Assembly: GCA_903923795.1 (NCBI GenBank)
Contig: CAIXYX010000140.1
Span: 1 to 41,305, forward strand
DNA from: an uncultured Candidatus Micrarchaeota archaeon
Lineage (GTDB): Archaea; Micrarchaeota; Micrarchaeia; Anstonellales; Anstonellaceae
Direction: 5' to 3'
Length of the DNA: 41,305 nucleotides
Part shown: piece by piece, positions 1 through 10,500 of the stretch
Position numbering within the stretch: the stretch's first letter is position 1
How the letters are laid out: each line of letters starts with the position of its first letter
Program-made: the position numbers and the translations under genes
Notes under the pieces: generated by a model
Database searches by the model: none
What the model was told of the DNA's origin: nothing
Seen by the model: the letters and a program-made list of their open reading frames with translations, nothing else

Positions 1-339
1 GTTATTCTCCCGCAGGCGGCCTTGACCGGAGTGAATCTGTCAGATATGAGTGCGAGCCATCTGTCGAATGCCTCGGCCGTGGTCGAATACGAGAGGTTGT
101 CGCCGGAGGGGCGGGCAGTCAAGTATCATACAGACCGCACGTCATCGGAGCATTTCCAGCAGCTGGCGCTGGATTTCAATATACTTTTCATACCTGTTGA
201 TTCGCCTTTTATGGGAGATGAGGCGGCCGGGCTCGCGCGCGACGGAATTATGGCGGCGAGAGCGGATGTGCTGATGGTGTGCGACCGGGAGAGCGGAGTG
301 GCATGGGGAAAAATAGAAGAGATGAAACCGGCGGTGTGA
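1..339 (+). CDS. Hypothetical protein, 3' part (5'-truncated by window edge)
   Basis: Frame 1 is open from base 1 to TGA at 339 and converges on the next gene. No recognisable motif. Confidence 0.55.
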   Translation, partial: VILPQAALTGVNLSDMSASHLSNASAVVEYERLSPEGRAVKYHTDRTSSEHFQQLALDFNILFIPVDSPFMGDEAAGLARDGIMAARADVLMVCDRESGVAWGKIEEMKPAV

Positions 340-372
340 AAATCGGCAGTGTGAGTATTGCGGAAAAAAGCC

Positions 373-1263
373 CTAATACATCACTATTACCGATTCCGTG
401 TAATACCTCGCCGAGCCGTAGCGCACGCGGCGGTGCACATTCTCGCTCAATGCATTCCACGCCGCCTCGGGGGATTCGTTCAGATTGCCGAGGTGGAAAT
501 TGAGGCGTATGATGCGGTTCGGTATCATGTGCCGCGTGCTTTTGGGCGGAAGAGGGTGGCCCGCGACCGCCTGCGAGATTATCTCCCCTTTTGTGAATGA
601 GCGGCGCATGATGACGGGAAAACCCTTGTCGAGGAAATAGTCGAGGCGGCTGTCCTCGATGAAATGAAGGCCCGCCCCGTTGCTTGACTCCTCGGGCGGC
701 ACACTATGCGCCGGGGCAGAGCCGTGCTGGCTATTGCCGCCGGAACCGTGCGAGTGGCCGCTGGCGCTGGCGCCATTTGGTTTTAGCATGCCAAGAAAGC
801 GGCTCTGGTCTGATATGAGAGTCTCGAGTTTGCGCTCGGTCGATGGCAGGAGGGAGAAGGAGTCGATGCCGTTTTTGCGCCTGCACAGCATGAATGCCGC
901 ATCCATCCTATCGAGGGCGGCCTGCCCTGCTGCGCGGTCGACCGGTTCTGCGCGGCCCATGCGCTCGAGCGGGAGCGATTGTGTGGCTAAGTACCAGCCG
1001 CCCACGCGTATGTCGGGTGAATCGTAATCCACCACCTGGCACACGGCGTTCTCGGTTTTTAATGAGTGGAGAACGGCGCGGCGGTGGTTGCCGTCCAGCA
1101 CGACGCGGTGCTTTTTGTCGACGATAATCGGGTCGACGAGGCGGCCCAGATTGAGCATGTTCTCGCGCAGGTGGTGCTCGTTCTCGGGGATGGTCTGCTC
1201 ATGAATGCGCAATGTCTCCAAGGGCAGTATCTGCAAAGAGGACAGGATTTCTTCAGCCAGCAT
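373..1263 (-). CDS. serK: SerK/SbnI-family free serine kinase (ParB/Srx-like N-terminal domain)
   Basis: Motifs HEQ, PIIVD..VLDGNHR, VDY...V.GWY, TKGEII and PPKSTRH match the Thermococcus SerK pattern (PHEQ, DGHHR, LDY..VYTWY, TKEEV, SPKTTRH). Sits near serine genes. ATG at 1263 preferred over TTG at 1275. Confidence 0.75.
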   Translation of the reverse strand: MLAEEILSSLQILPLETLRIHEQTIPENEHHLRENMLNLGRLVDPIIVDKKHRVVLDGNHRRAVLHSLKTENAVCQVVDYDSPDIRVGGWYLATQSLPLERMGRAEPVDRAAGQAALDRMDAAFMLCRRKNGIDSFSLLPSTERKLETLISDQSRFLGMLKPNGASASGHSHGSGGNSQHGSAPAHSVPPEESSNGAGLHFIEDSRLDYFLDKGFPVIMRRSFTKGEIISQAVAGHPLPPKSTRHMIPNRIIRLNFHLGNLNESPEAAWNALSENVHRRVRYGSARYYTESVIVMY

Positions 1264-1380
1264 AGAATTCCCCAAGCGTTTGGGCTCTGCAAATGATTGT
1301 GATTAGGAACCCTAACAAATGGACTATGCACCGACGCCTTTTTTAATGCCTTAGCTGGACTATTGCCTGAGGGATAGAGC

Positions 1381-1851
1381 ATGGCGGACAACTACCGACT
1401 CGTTCACGCTATCGCGCTCATATTCACAGTCACCATGGGTTTGATGGTGGTGCTGGGCGCGATGGTCATGATGTACGGCAATTTCGAACTGGGCATCATA
1501 TTGTTCGTGCTGGGCCTCGTGCTGGTCATCTCGAACGAGAGCATATTGCCCCGCCTGCGCAGAATGCGCAATCGGAATTCGAACTCTACTCTCGAGCCTG
1601 GCCTTTTGGAAGAGGTGGCGAACCTGGCCACCATCGGCTACGCCCCGCCGATTCTCGTCGGCGTGTATCTTTACATGAGCGGGCAGAGCGACTTCAAACT
1701 GATTATTTTCATGGCCGTGAGCTTCACGGTGGTGACGATGAAGATATTCGCAAAAGTCGCCTCGAGCCGCTACACTTACCGGCCTCTGGGTGGCGAGGAA
1801 GTGTATGCGTACACACCGCCGGCCGAGGAAGCAAGCGAGCCGGGCGTTTGA
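1381..1851 (+). CDS. Hypothetical membrane protein, about 4 TM helices
   Basis: Four hydrophobic segments; AT-rich TTTTTAA box about 35 nt upstream. Confidence 0.7.
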   Translation: MADNYRLVHAIALIFTVTMGLMVVLGAMVMMYGNFELGIILFVLGLVLVISNESILPRLRRMRNRNSNSTLEPGLLEEVANLATIGYAPPILVGVYLYMSGQSDFKLIIFMAVSFTVVTMKIFAKVASSRYTYRPLGGEEVYAYTPPAEEASEPGV

Positions 1852-1867
1852 ATAATTCATTTGTTTT

Positions 1868-2149
1868 TCACCAAATCTGCTTTCCATAATATCTTTCCAC
1901 TATCCCCAGAATTTTTGCCTTTTGATGCGGATTGAGCGAGATGTGGATTTCGTTGGTCTTCTTGAGCCAGGTGATGAACCCCTCGTCTGCCAGCTCTTTG
2001 GCCAGCTCTTCGGCAATTGGGCGGGCGGCTTGAGGCAAGGCGCTTTTCACGTGCTCAAGCGCAGTATGCTTCGCACCCCATCTCCGATGTCGGGAGAGCT
2101 TGTAGAGGATATGGGCTTTGAGCTGTTCGCGGGAATTTATCTCGGGCAT
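1868..2149 (-). CDS. Small conserved archaeal hypothetical protein, winged-helix-like (ILYKL..RRWGAKHT..ELADEGFI..ISLNP)
   Basis: Compact basic ORF resembling, from memory, a family common in DPANN genomes. Start uncertain (2149 or 2182); TTTATAAT on the minus strand at 2181-2188. Confidence 0.65.
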   Translation of the reverse strand: MPEINSREQLKAHILYKLSRHRRWGAKHTALEHVKSALPQAARPIAEELAKELADEGFITWLKKTNEIHISLNPHQKAKILGIVERYYGKQIW

Positions 2150-2267
2150 GGCATCAGCCAAAATGAAAAGGAGATTTTTCATTATAAACACCCCGAGGGT
2201 GACTTTCCGCTTATAGTATATTATTTTAAACATCAATATTCATATAATTAGATATAGAGGCGATGCT

Positions 2268-2621
2268 ATGGAAGAGGAAAATTCAATGTTTTTGCAGTTC
2301 TTCGGCGATAGCCCGCAGTTTCGGATGATAGACTTCCTTCTCGAGCACAGGTTGGAGGATTTCACCAAGACCGAAATCGCGGCAGGCGCCGGCATCAGCT
2401 GGGCCAGCCTGTTCAACCACTGGGGCACGCTGGCTGCGCACGGCATCGTCAAGCAGACGAGGAGCGTGGGGCGGGCCACGCTCTATCAATTGGATGAGAC
2501 GAACAAGATTGTCAAGCAGCTTAGGGCGATTGAGCTGGCGCTGATAAAAGAGGGCGCGCAAGTTGAGGAAGAGAGAGTGGAATTGAAAGCCAAAGTATCT
2601 AATAAGAGGCAAAAGAACTAG
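2268..2621 (+). CDS. Winged helix-turn-helix transcriptional regulator (ArsR-like)
   Basis: FGDSPQFRMIDFLL..TKTEIAAGAGISWASL..L...GIV..TRSVGRATLYQL; GAGG just upstream of the ATG. Confidence 0.85.
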   Translation: MEEENSMFLQFFGDSPQFRMIDFLLEHRLEDFTKTEIAAGAGISWASLFNHWGTLAAHGIVKQTRSVGRATLYQLDETNKIVKQLRAIELALIKEGAQVEEERVELKAKVSNKRQKN

Positions 2622-3904
2622 AAGTCTATCCTTTCAGTCCCCATGAAGTCCTGCAATACTTTTGGAATCGCCACGCCAGCCTCGTCCTGGAAATTTTCCA
2701 AGATGGCAACGAGAGTGCGGCCCACGGCAAGGCCGGAGCCGTTGAGCGTGTGCACAAATTCATTTTTCCCCTCGCGGCGGAATTTTATCTGCGCTCTGCG
2801 TGCTTGGAAATCAGTGCAATTCGAGCATGAGGATATTTCGCGGTAAGTGTCCTGTGACGGCAGCCAGACCTCGATGTCATATGTTTTGGCCGAGGCGAAG
2901 CCCATGTCGCCGGTGCACAAGAGGCGCGTGCGGTAAGACAGGCCCAAACCTTGCAGGATGGATTCGGCGTCGCGCGTGAGGCTCTCGAGCTCGTCATATG
3001 AGCGCTCGGGCAGGCTGAATTTGACCAGTTCGACTTTCATGAACTGATGCTGGCGAATGAGCCCCTTGATGTCTTTCTGGTAATTGCCGGCCTCGGAGCG
3101 GAAGCAGGGCGTGAGGGCGCAATAGCGCAGGGGGAGCTGTGTCTCCTCAAGCACTTCGCCGGAGTGTAAATTTGTGAGAGGCACTTCGGCAGTGGGGATG
3201 AGCCACAAAGAGTTGGCGTCGGCTGCGCCCATCGCCTGCTCGCCCGCTGCCGCCCTGTACAAATCTCCGGCGAATTTCGGTAATTGGCCTGTGCCGGTCA
3301 TTGTCTTGGTGTTGACGAGAAATGGAACCGCCGCCTCTTTGTAATGATTCATTGCGTGCACCGAGAGCATGTAATTTGACAATGCGCGCTCGAGGCGCGC
3401 CATCTCACCGTAGAGGACGGTGAAGCGCGAGCCGGACAGTTTGACGCCCCGCTCGAAATCTAATAGTTTTGGGAAAATGTCGTAATGGGGCAAGACATCA
3501 TCCGCGTGCAGTTTTGGCGCGCCCCATTTGCGCACCTCGACATTTTCGCTCTCATCTTTTCCTAATGGCACGCTTTCGTGCGGCACATTGGGCACTGTGA
3601 GGAGAATAGACTCCATCTGCGCCTCGAGCTGCGCGGCCTGCTCGTCGAGCACTTTTATCTTGGCGGCGATGTCCTGCGTCTGCTTGATTATGGGGGCGAT
3701 TTCCTGCCCTGCCTTTTTCGCGGCATTGATTTCCATTGACAATTTGTTGCGCTCGTTTTTCAGCTTGTCGCCGGAAGATTTGACCTGCCGCCAAGCCTCA
3801 TCGAGCTTGAGTATGTGGTCGATGGGCTCGGTCGGGGCATTTCTTTTCTTTAGCGCGAGGCGGAATGGTTCGGGGCCGGTGCGGAGGGCTTTTAGGTCGA
3901 GCAT
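2618..3904 (-). CDS. serS: Seryl-tRNA synthetase (canonical/bacterial type)
   Basis: N-terminal coiled coil, LIPTAEVP, motif 2 FRSEAG..GLIRQHQF.KVE, EISSCSNCTDFQARR, HTLNGSGLAVGR. Start MLDLK follows GTGA. Confidence 0.97.
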   Translation of the reverse strand: MLDLKALRTGPEPFRLALKKRNAPTEPIDHILKLDEAWRQVKSSGDKLKNERNKLSMEINAAKKAGQEIAPIIKQTQDIAAKIKVLDEQAAQLEAQMESILLTVPNVPHESVPLGKDESENVEVRKWGAPKLHADDVLPHYDIFPKLLDFERGVKLSGSRFTVLYGEMARLERALSNYMLSVHAMNHYKEAAVPFLVNTKTMTGTGQLPKFAGDLYRAAAGEQAMGAADANSLWLIPTAEVPLTNLHSGEVLEETQLPLRYCALTPCFRSEAGNYQKDIKGLIRQHQFMKVELVKFSLPERSYDELESLTRDAESILQGLGLSYRTRLLCTGDMGFASAKTYDIEVWLPSQDTYREISSCSNCTDFQARRAQIKFRREGKNEFVHTLNGSGLAVGRTLVAILENFQDEAGVAIPKVLQDFMGTERIDF

Positions 3905-3956
3905 GGGAATCACGAGAGGGCGTTGCTCAAGGCAGGGCATCATGCCCGCAAAAGCT

Positions 3957-4853
3957 TCACGCCGTGAGCTTCTGTCGCAATTGAGCTATTAAATCATCGC
4001 CTATGCGCTCCTGCGCCTCTATTGTTGAAGCGGCGATGTGGGGCGTGAGAAGAACATTGTCTAATTTGGTGAGCGGGCCGGAATATGGCTCGGATGGGAA
4101 GACATCGAGGGCTGCCCCTGCCAAATGGCCGGATTTGAGGGCGGAAATGAGCGCGGCCTCATCGACGAGAAATCCTCTTGCCGTGTTGATGACATAGCTG
4201 CCTTTTTTCATCTTCGAGATGCTTTTTGCATTGAGAATCGCCGGGCTGCCGGCGGGCATTGATGCGTGCAAAGAGACGATGTCGACTTGGGGCAAGAGTT
4301 CGTCCACGCTTGCAAAATAGGGATAAGACAAATCACTTGCTTTGTGCGGGTCGGTGTAGATGACGCGCATGCCCAAAGCGACGGCTTTTGCTGCGACTAA
4401 TCGGCCGATGCGGCCCATTCCGACGAGGCCAAGAGTCTTGCCCGAAATCTCATTGCCGGTGCAATTCTTTTTCTCCCATTTGCCGGACAGCATCGAGGAG
4501 TGGGCATATCCGACTTTGCGAAGCAGGGAAATCATCATGCCGATTGTCATCTCGGCAACGGCATTGGAGGAGGCGCCGGGCGTGTTGATGACTTGGATAT
4601 TCTTGGCTTTGCAGGCGGGCACATCGACATTGTCGAGGCCGACTCCGGCGCGGGCGACAATCTTGAGCTTGGTGGCAGACTCAATCAACTCAGCATTCAC
4701 TTTTGTCGCCGAGCGGACGATGAGCACATCGGCATCGGAAAGGGCGGCCGAAAGATTTTTCGGCGTGAGGACGACCGTGCCCAAACCTTGCAAACCTTTC
4801 ACAACCGATGCCTCCATCGGGTCCGCGATAATGATTTTTGAGAATGAGTCCAT
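3957..4853 (-). CDS. serA: D-3-phosphoglycerate dehydrogenase, short form lacking the ACT domain
   Basis: IVRSATKV, RAGVGLDNVD, NAVAE, GMGRIG, INTARG, AALDVF..EP, TPHIAAST.EAQ; operon context. Confidence 0.88.
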   Translation of the reverse strand: MDSFSKIIIADPMEASVVKGLQGLGTVVLTPKNLSAALSDADVLIVRSATKVNAELIESATKLKIVARAGVGLDNVDVPACKAKNIQVINTPGASSNAVAEMTIGMMISLLRKVGYAHSSMLSGKWEKKNCTGNEISGKTLGLVGMGRIGRLVAAKAVALGMRVIYTDPHKASDLSYPYFASVDELLPQVDIVSLHASMPAGSPAILNAKSISKMKKGSYVINTARGFLVDEAALISALKSGHLAGAALDVFPSEPYSGPLTKLDNVLLTPHIAASTIEAQERIGDDLIAQLRQKLTA

Positions 4854-4877
4854 GGTCAGCACCCCATATCTGATTTG

Positions 4878-5948
4878 TTAAACGCCCAATTTCGATTTCA
4901 CCGCTTGCAAGGCATCCAAGCCCGCATCGATTTTCACCATGTCCAAGTCGCCCATGTTGCAGAAGCGCAAAGTCGTCTCGGCCCAGTCGGCGTGCCCGCC
5001 GCCCAATTTGACCCCATGGTCTGATTGGAGGAACTGGTTTATCTCCTTGTTTTTGGAGCAGAAGAAGGCTGTGACTGTGCTTGATTCGAAGCCTTCTTCG
5101 GTCACAAGAGAAAAACCCATCTTCATAAGGCGCGAGCGCACATGCTCCGCCATCTCGCTCTGGCGGGCGATGAAGGCGGACTGGCCCTCTTTTTTGAGCA
5201 TGTCGAGGGCAATGCGCAAAGAGTAGATGATGGAGACGGCAGGCGTGAAGGCAGTCTCGCTCTTTGGCGCGAATTTGCGGTAAGTCTTGAAATTCATGAA
5301 ATTCGAGCGCACTGGAGCAAGTTCGATGGCCTTGACCGCGTCGGGCGAATGCGAGACTACCGTGAGGCCTGGCGGGCAGCCCAAGCTTTTTTGGCTGGCA
5401 AACGAGTAGAAGTCGATGTGGTCGGCTACATGGTCTACGGGATAGGCGGGCCAGGCAGATGTGCCGTCCAAGAGGGTGAGCATGCCTTTTCCTTTGGCAT
5501 ATTTGCATATTTCGCTTGTTTTGTTCAAGATGCCGGGGGAAGTCTCATGATGAACCATGGCGAAAAGTTTTACTCCGGCCGCTGCGGCTTTGTCGATGTG
5601 GGGTTTGGCTCTCTCTAAATTCCAACCCTTGGCGTCTTTGAGCCGCTCGAAGCGAGTTTCATAATAGAGGGCGCAATGCTCTTTCAATTTGTCGCCGAAT
5701 GCGCCATTTGACAAGACGAGGGCTTTTCCGCCGAGAGGAAGCGCGTTCTGCACATTTGCCTCGACGCCCAAGGAGCCGGAGCCAGTCATGATATGCACTT
5801 CGGCTGCCTTGAGCATGGATTTGAGGTCGACTATGATTGGCTGGTAGATGGCCTGAAATGGCTTGCCTCTATGCGTCATCATCTCTTGTGTCTGCGCTGT
5901 CGAGACTTTCGGGAAAACGGCCACAGGCCCGGGCGTGAAAAGCATCAT
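4878..5948 (-). CDS. PLP-dependent class V aminotransferase (serine-pyruvate/phosphoserine aminotransferase, SerC role)
   Basis: LFTPGP, GSGSLGVEA, NGAFG, HHETSPG, DGTS, ASQKSLGCPPGL (PLP lysine); directly upstream of serA. Confidence 0.88.
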   Translation of the reverse strand: MMLFTPGPVAVFPKVSTAQTQEMMTHRGKPFQAIYQPIIVDLKSMLKAAEVHIMTGSGSLGVEANVQNALPLGGKALVLSNGAFGDKLKEHCALYYETRFERLKDAKGWNLERAKPHIDKAAAAGVKLFAMVHHETSPGILNKTSEICKYAKGKGMLTLLDGTSAWPAYPVDHVADHIDFYSFASQKSLGCPPGLTVVSHSPDAVKAIELAPVRSNFMNFKTYRKFAPKSETAFTPAVSIIYSLRIALDMLKKEGQSAFIARQSEMAEHVRSRLMKMGFSLVTEEGFESSTVTAFFCSKNKEINQFLQSDHGVKLGGGHADWAETTLRFCNMGDLDMVKIDAGLDALQAVKSKLGV

Positions 5949-6040
5949 AGGGAATCACCAGATGAATGGATAATCAGTTCATAGACGCCAAAATCTTTAA
6001 TAGACGCGTTAGAAGGGCCAAGACACTCGAGCCAGGATAA

Positions 6041-6883
6041 TTAGTCATACAATACGGTTGTGCCGCCTATGCCGAAGAAGTTCAAGGTTAGCATTACGGC
6101 GAAGAGCAGCAAGAGGACGATGAACGCGCTGCGGATATGCCCGCTCGACACATGCCCCTTCGATAAAGCGATGGAGCCAAAGAATGAGCCGATGGCAGCG
6201 GCGATGCCCGTGCCGAGGAGGAGAGCGACGTTTATCGGTCCGATGAACATGAGATGGCCCAAGAGGCCCAATATGGATGCAAGCAGAGTGCACACGTGCG
6301 AGAGGATGGCGGCGCGCTTTGGAGTCATGCCGGATTCAATGAGAAACGGCACAAGGAATACGCCGCCGCCGATGCCGAGTGTGCCTGAGAGAACACCGGT
6401 TGTGCCGCCCATGGCGGCTCTGCGCATGGCAACACCGGCTGCCTGCCCGCCGGTTTCCTCGAGAAAGCCCGCCTCTCCCTCGGCCAATCTGGGTTTGGGT
6501 TTGCTGATTTTCGACCAGGTTATCATCCGCACGGCGATTGCGAAGAGGGCGAGGGCGAAGAGGCCGATGATGATATGCGGGGGGAGCATCTGCGCGAACC
6601 ACACACCCAGCGGCGCGCCGAGGAAAGCGCCGGCGAAGATGAAGGCGGCCGATTTGTATTCTTTTGCTGTGAGAAGGCCGACGCGGTGGAAGTTGAAAGA
6701 GGAGATGGCGGTTGTGATGACGTTCAGGGACAGGCCCACTAAGATGGCCATATCTATCGGGATGCCGAGCCAGAAGAAGATGGGCACATAGATGGAGGCG
6801 CCGCCCAAGCCAAGGACGGCGAAGATGCCCGAGAGGAAGAGGACGAGGATTGGGGCGATGATTATTGGATCCATGGAAATCAT
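6041..6883 (-). CDS. TauE/SafE (TSUP) family permease
   Basis: Repeated GLGGA..VP and GIGGGVFLVP motifs with about 8 TM helices; ATGA overlap with the gpmA stop. Confidence 0.9.
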   Translation of the reverse strand: MISMDPIIIAPILVLFLSGIFAVLGLGGASIYVPIFFWLGIPIDMAILVGLSLNVITTAISSFNFHRVGLLTAKEYKSAAFIFAGAFLGAPLGVWFAQMLPPHIIIGLFALALFAIAVRMITWSKISKPKPRLAEGEAGFLEETGGQAAGVAMRRAAMGGTTGVLSGTLGIGGGVFLVPFLIESGMTPKRAAILSHVCTLLASILGLLGHLMFIGPINVALLLGTGIAAAIGSFFGSIALSKGHVSSGHIRSAFIVLLLLFAVMLTLNFFGIGGTTVLYD

Positions 6884-7491
6884 TGTTCTAATATTTCCTT
6901 GGCGATGATTTTCATGGACGAGTCGAATTCGTAGACATAGGAGGTGCCAGTAGGGATTTCGAGCGCCATCACCTGCTCGGGCGAGAGTTTATCGAGATAC
7001 ATGACGATGGCACGAAGCGAATTGCCGTGCGCGGCCACGAGCACATTATTGCCGGCTGCGAGATTTTTGGCGATATTGGACTTGTAGAATGGAACCACGC
7101 GCGCTGCGGTGTCGGCGAGGCATTCGCCGTTCGGCGGGCGCACATCATAGCTTCTCCGCCAGAGCTGCACCTGCTCGGGGCCGTATTTGACGCGCAGGTC
7201 ATCCTTGTTCAAGCCCTGCAAATCACCGTAATGCCGCTCGTTTAGGGCCGCGTCTTTCAGCACAGAGATATTTTTCTGGTTAAGATCGGTCAGTATGATG
7301 TCGAGTGTGTCCTGGGCGCGGATGAGAGCAGAGGTGTAGGCCTTATCGAAACGATAGCCGTTGAGGGCGGCGGCGGCCTTGCTCGCCTCCTTCTCCCCTT
7401 GCGGCGAGAGCTTGACATCTATCCAGCCAGTAAACCTGTTTTGGAGGTTCCATTCAGATTGCCCGTGGCGCACAAGCACAAGGTATGCCAT
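6880..7491 (-). CDS. gpmA: 2,3-bisphosphoglycerate-dependent phosphoglycerate mutase
   Basis: LVRHGQSEWN.NRFTGW.D, LNERHYGDLQGLNK, WRRSYDVRPP, AHGNSLRA, IPTG. Start MAYLVL at 7491. Confidence 0.95.
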   Translation of the reverse strand: MAYLVLVRHGQSEWNLQNRFTGWIDVKLSPQGEKEASKAAAALNGYRFDKAYTSALIRAQDTLDIILTDLNQKNISVLKDAALNERHYGDLQGLNKDDLRVKYGPEQVQLWRRSYDVRPPNGECLADTAARVVPFYKSNIAKNLAAGNNVLVAAHGNSLRAIVMYLDKLSPEQVMALEIPTGTSYVYEFDSSMKIIAKEILEQ

Positions 7492-7513
7492 GATGAGAGG
7501 TAGTCGAAGAAGA

Positions 7514-7520
7514 TTTATAA
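7514..7520. promoter_or_regulatory. Putative bidirectional TATA box between gpmA and the 1465-aa gene
   Basis: TTTATAA centred in a 54-bp divergent gap, about 23-26 nt from both ATGs. Confidence 0.6.
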
Positions 7521-7545
7521 CCGGTGTCTTGGCATTGGGAAGCAT

Positions 7546-10500
7546 ATGGCGGATTTGAAGGCACCGAAGAGGATTCTTCAGAGCGACTCACAGAACTCCC
7601 TGCCCGTGACGACGATGGAGGAGAACCCGCAGTTGATTGATCTGCTGCACAACCCCTCCAAAGCATATGACCACTTCACCGAGCTGAAGGAAGCGGTTGC
7701 CAGCAGTACCGCCGTGCATCCGAATTACCTGAAAGTTGTGCCGAGCATGAACAACGATAAAAATGTCAAGTCCGGCGAAGTGAAAAACACGCAAGCAAAG
7801 AAAGAAACCTCATTAAACTGCAATCAGGCCATGCAGAAGATTGACCAGTTCTATTCTCTCTATGCTTCCGAGTTGGACAGTATAGAATATGGCAAGAGCC
7901 TGCAGAATGTTCAGGATACATGGACTTCGGGCACTAATTCGCAGAAAGAGGGTCTTTCGTCCTCCGGCGCGCAGATGGACAATCTGGACCCGTTCAAGAC
8001 ACAAAGCACGCCAACGCAATTGGCGGAATCATTTGACGGATATTCAAAATACTCGAAGGCGAATATCGAGAAGAAGGTGGCGGAATTTACAACAGAGGAT
8101 GAGAAAAAGAATTATGTGCTAAACCTCCTGAGCGAGATGGCGGGAGTCGAGGGCGTGGTCCGCTCGATGCGGGCCGAGAAATATATGGCCGGCGCCTATG
8201 ATTTTGGCAAAGATTCCAAAGAGGAGGTGAGGCGCAACCTCGCAGCATGGCTGATTGGCACCCACGCGACGGCAGAATCGATGGCAGGGGAATTGGAGAA
8301 GAGCAAGAACGCGAAAAACCCGAACAGCGTTTATCATGATGCGTGGCTTCTGCTCTACGCCAAAAGCGACAGGGCGTCAGTTGCTTGGGGTGCCAAGAGC
8401 TTGTATGATGCATTAGGCGACAATTGGGAAAATCTTGGCAGAGATGAGCGGAGCATTGACAAAGTCATAGATATGTGCAAAGACATACAGAAAACGCAGG
8501 GCCGAGTCATGGAAGATTTGGCGCATCAGGAAAATGTGGAGATAAACGGATGGACTTTGGCATTTGTAAGTGAGCATGGGCAGGCCATTGTGGATGTGGG
8601 TGTGGCGGCGACCTCGGCGCTCCTCCTCCAGCCCGAGTTGAGCATGTATTATTTCGGATTCCGCGGCGCAGGCATGGCGGTGGAGGGGGCGGTTGAGGGC
8701 GACTGGGGAAAAGCCTTCACAGGCACGATGATGGCGATTCCGCTGGTGGGCAGGGCAGGCAGGGTGCTGGCACCGTCGAGCAAGATGATGAAATGGGGCA
8801 CGAGCGTGGCCGGTGCAACTTCGGCTACCGCATTCACCGGCATGATGGCTTATGACAGCACCAAACTGCTTTACGAAGCCAGTCACACATATTTCACGCT
8901 GTCGGATTATGTTGGAATAGCGCAGAATGCCGCATTTGTGGCAGGAATACAAATGACTGAGAAGATGCTGACGGGCACGAAGAAAGTTATGGCGCAAAGA
9001 AAGAGGGCGGCGGCAAAGCAGGCAGATAAAAATGACAAGACGGTGAAAACAAAGAAGCCTGTGCAGGCATATGCGGAAGCCAAAGACGCACCAGAGACCA
9101 AGTCGATTTATTCTGCAAAAGATTACATGGCTGACCCGTATTCGGGAGCGCGTTTTCGAAAGCTCTATTCGGCTGTCGAGAATGTGGTACCCGGCATTAT
9201 TGAGAAAGACCCCGGCACCGCTCTTTATCTGAACATCATCGCCAAGAGTTTCAGTGACAGAGGAGTGAATGCGCTGCTTAGCGAGATGAACAAAATCAAA
9301 TGGCTGGATGGGAAGAGGGGCAAACTGAAAATGGCATCGCCTGAGGAGCAGAAAGACGGGCTTTGGAAGCTGCTGCTCGATTCCGAACATCTGGAAGATA
9401 TACAGAAAAGAGGCGGCGAAAATCCGTATCCGGTGGATAAACTGTATTCATTCCCGGCCAACATGCTGGACCCGATTATTTGGTTTGGGAAGAAAATCGG
9501 GGCTGCGGCGAAGAAAACCGCGAAGAAGATGAAAAAGAAAGCGAAGCAGACTGCGCCGGTCGCGGAACAACCAACGCAGGAGAAGAGAGTGGAGATCTCC
9601 AAGTTACCTTACGCGAATGAGGAAACCGCCGGCATACCCAAAGCCCTACAGCCCGACGAGGTCAAAAAACCCTTCATCGGCCTAAAGGAGACGAAACCGC
9701 TCCTGCGCCAGGCCATGCTGGACAACCCGAACAAAGACGTCAAGGACATGGTCAACGAGCACTGGGCAGACACCGAAGGACTCCTCAATATGATGTGGAA
9801 TGTGTGGGACAGGAAGATGGTGGATGACTATGCCGATTATATCCGCAAGTGCACCACCGCGGGAGAGGTGGCTGAACACGGCTGGGCGCTCATCGAGCAG
9901 TTCGAGAACCGCTCACGGCGGACCATGATCAGGACGAAGACAAAGACCGGGGTGGCGGATGGCGGCGAGAATGCCCTCGCCCAATTAAGCGACAAGCGCA
10001 AGGTGCTCTTCCATCACTTAAAGAACGATATAGACCATCCATTGGTCATCTGCGAACTTGCCCGCGGAAGGCTTGAAAAGAATGGATTTTCAAAAGAGGC
10101 GCAGGCTATCAAGGAATACGAGGACAAATTGCGGCTCATCTCGCGTGGAGAAGGCAAGGCCGGCGGCCAGATGGGCGCGACAGATTATTACAAACAGATG
10201 ATCTCGAGCGATGCGACGAATGGCACGCTTGCCGCAAACGGCCAGATGGTAATCGATTTATCGGTTGAAGCCGAGAAAGTTTTTGGCGAAGCTTACCAGG
10301 TGCTCAAGAAGATGAATGAGAATGGGCCGACCAAAGGCCTGCTGAGCGGCAGCCTCGAGGATGTGGAGCCCCGCAAGATAATGGACGAACACGGAGCCGA
10401 GACGAAAATCCCCGGATGGTTCGAGAGGATTTCCAAAAACCGCCAGGAAGTCATCAACCCCAGCGAGATGGACATAAAGACCGAGGATATCGGTTCGCTC

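Noticed and set aside
6880-7491. gpmA as a dPGM-like phosphoserine phosphatase filling the SerB gap
   Set aside because: It retains true dPGM signatures (NRFTGW, ERHYGDLQGLNK, WRRSYD), so mutase is the better call; side activity cannot be excluded.
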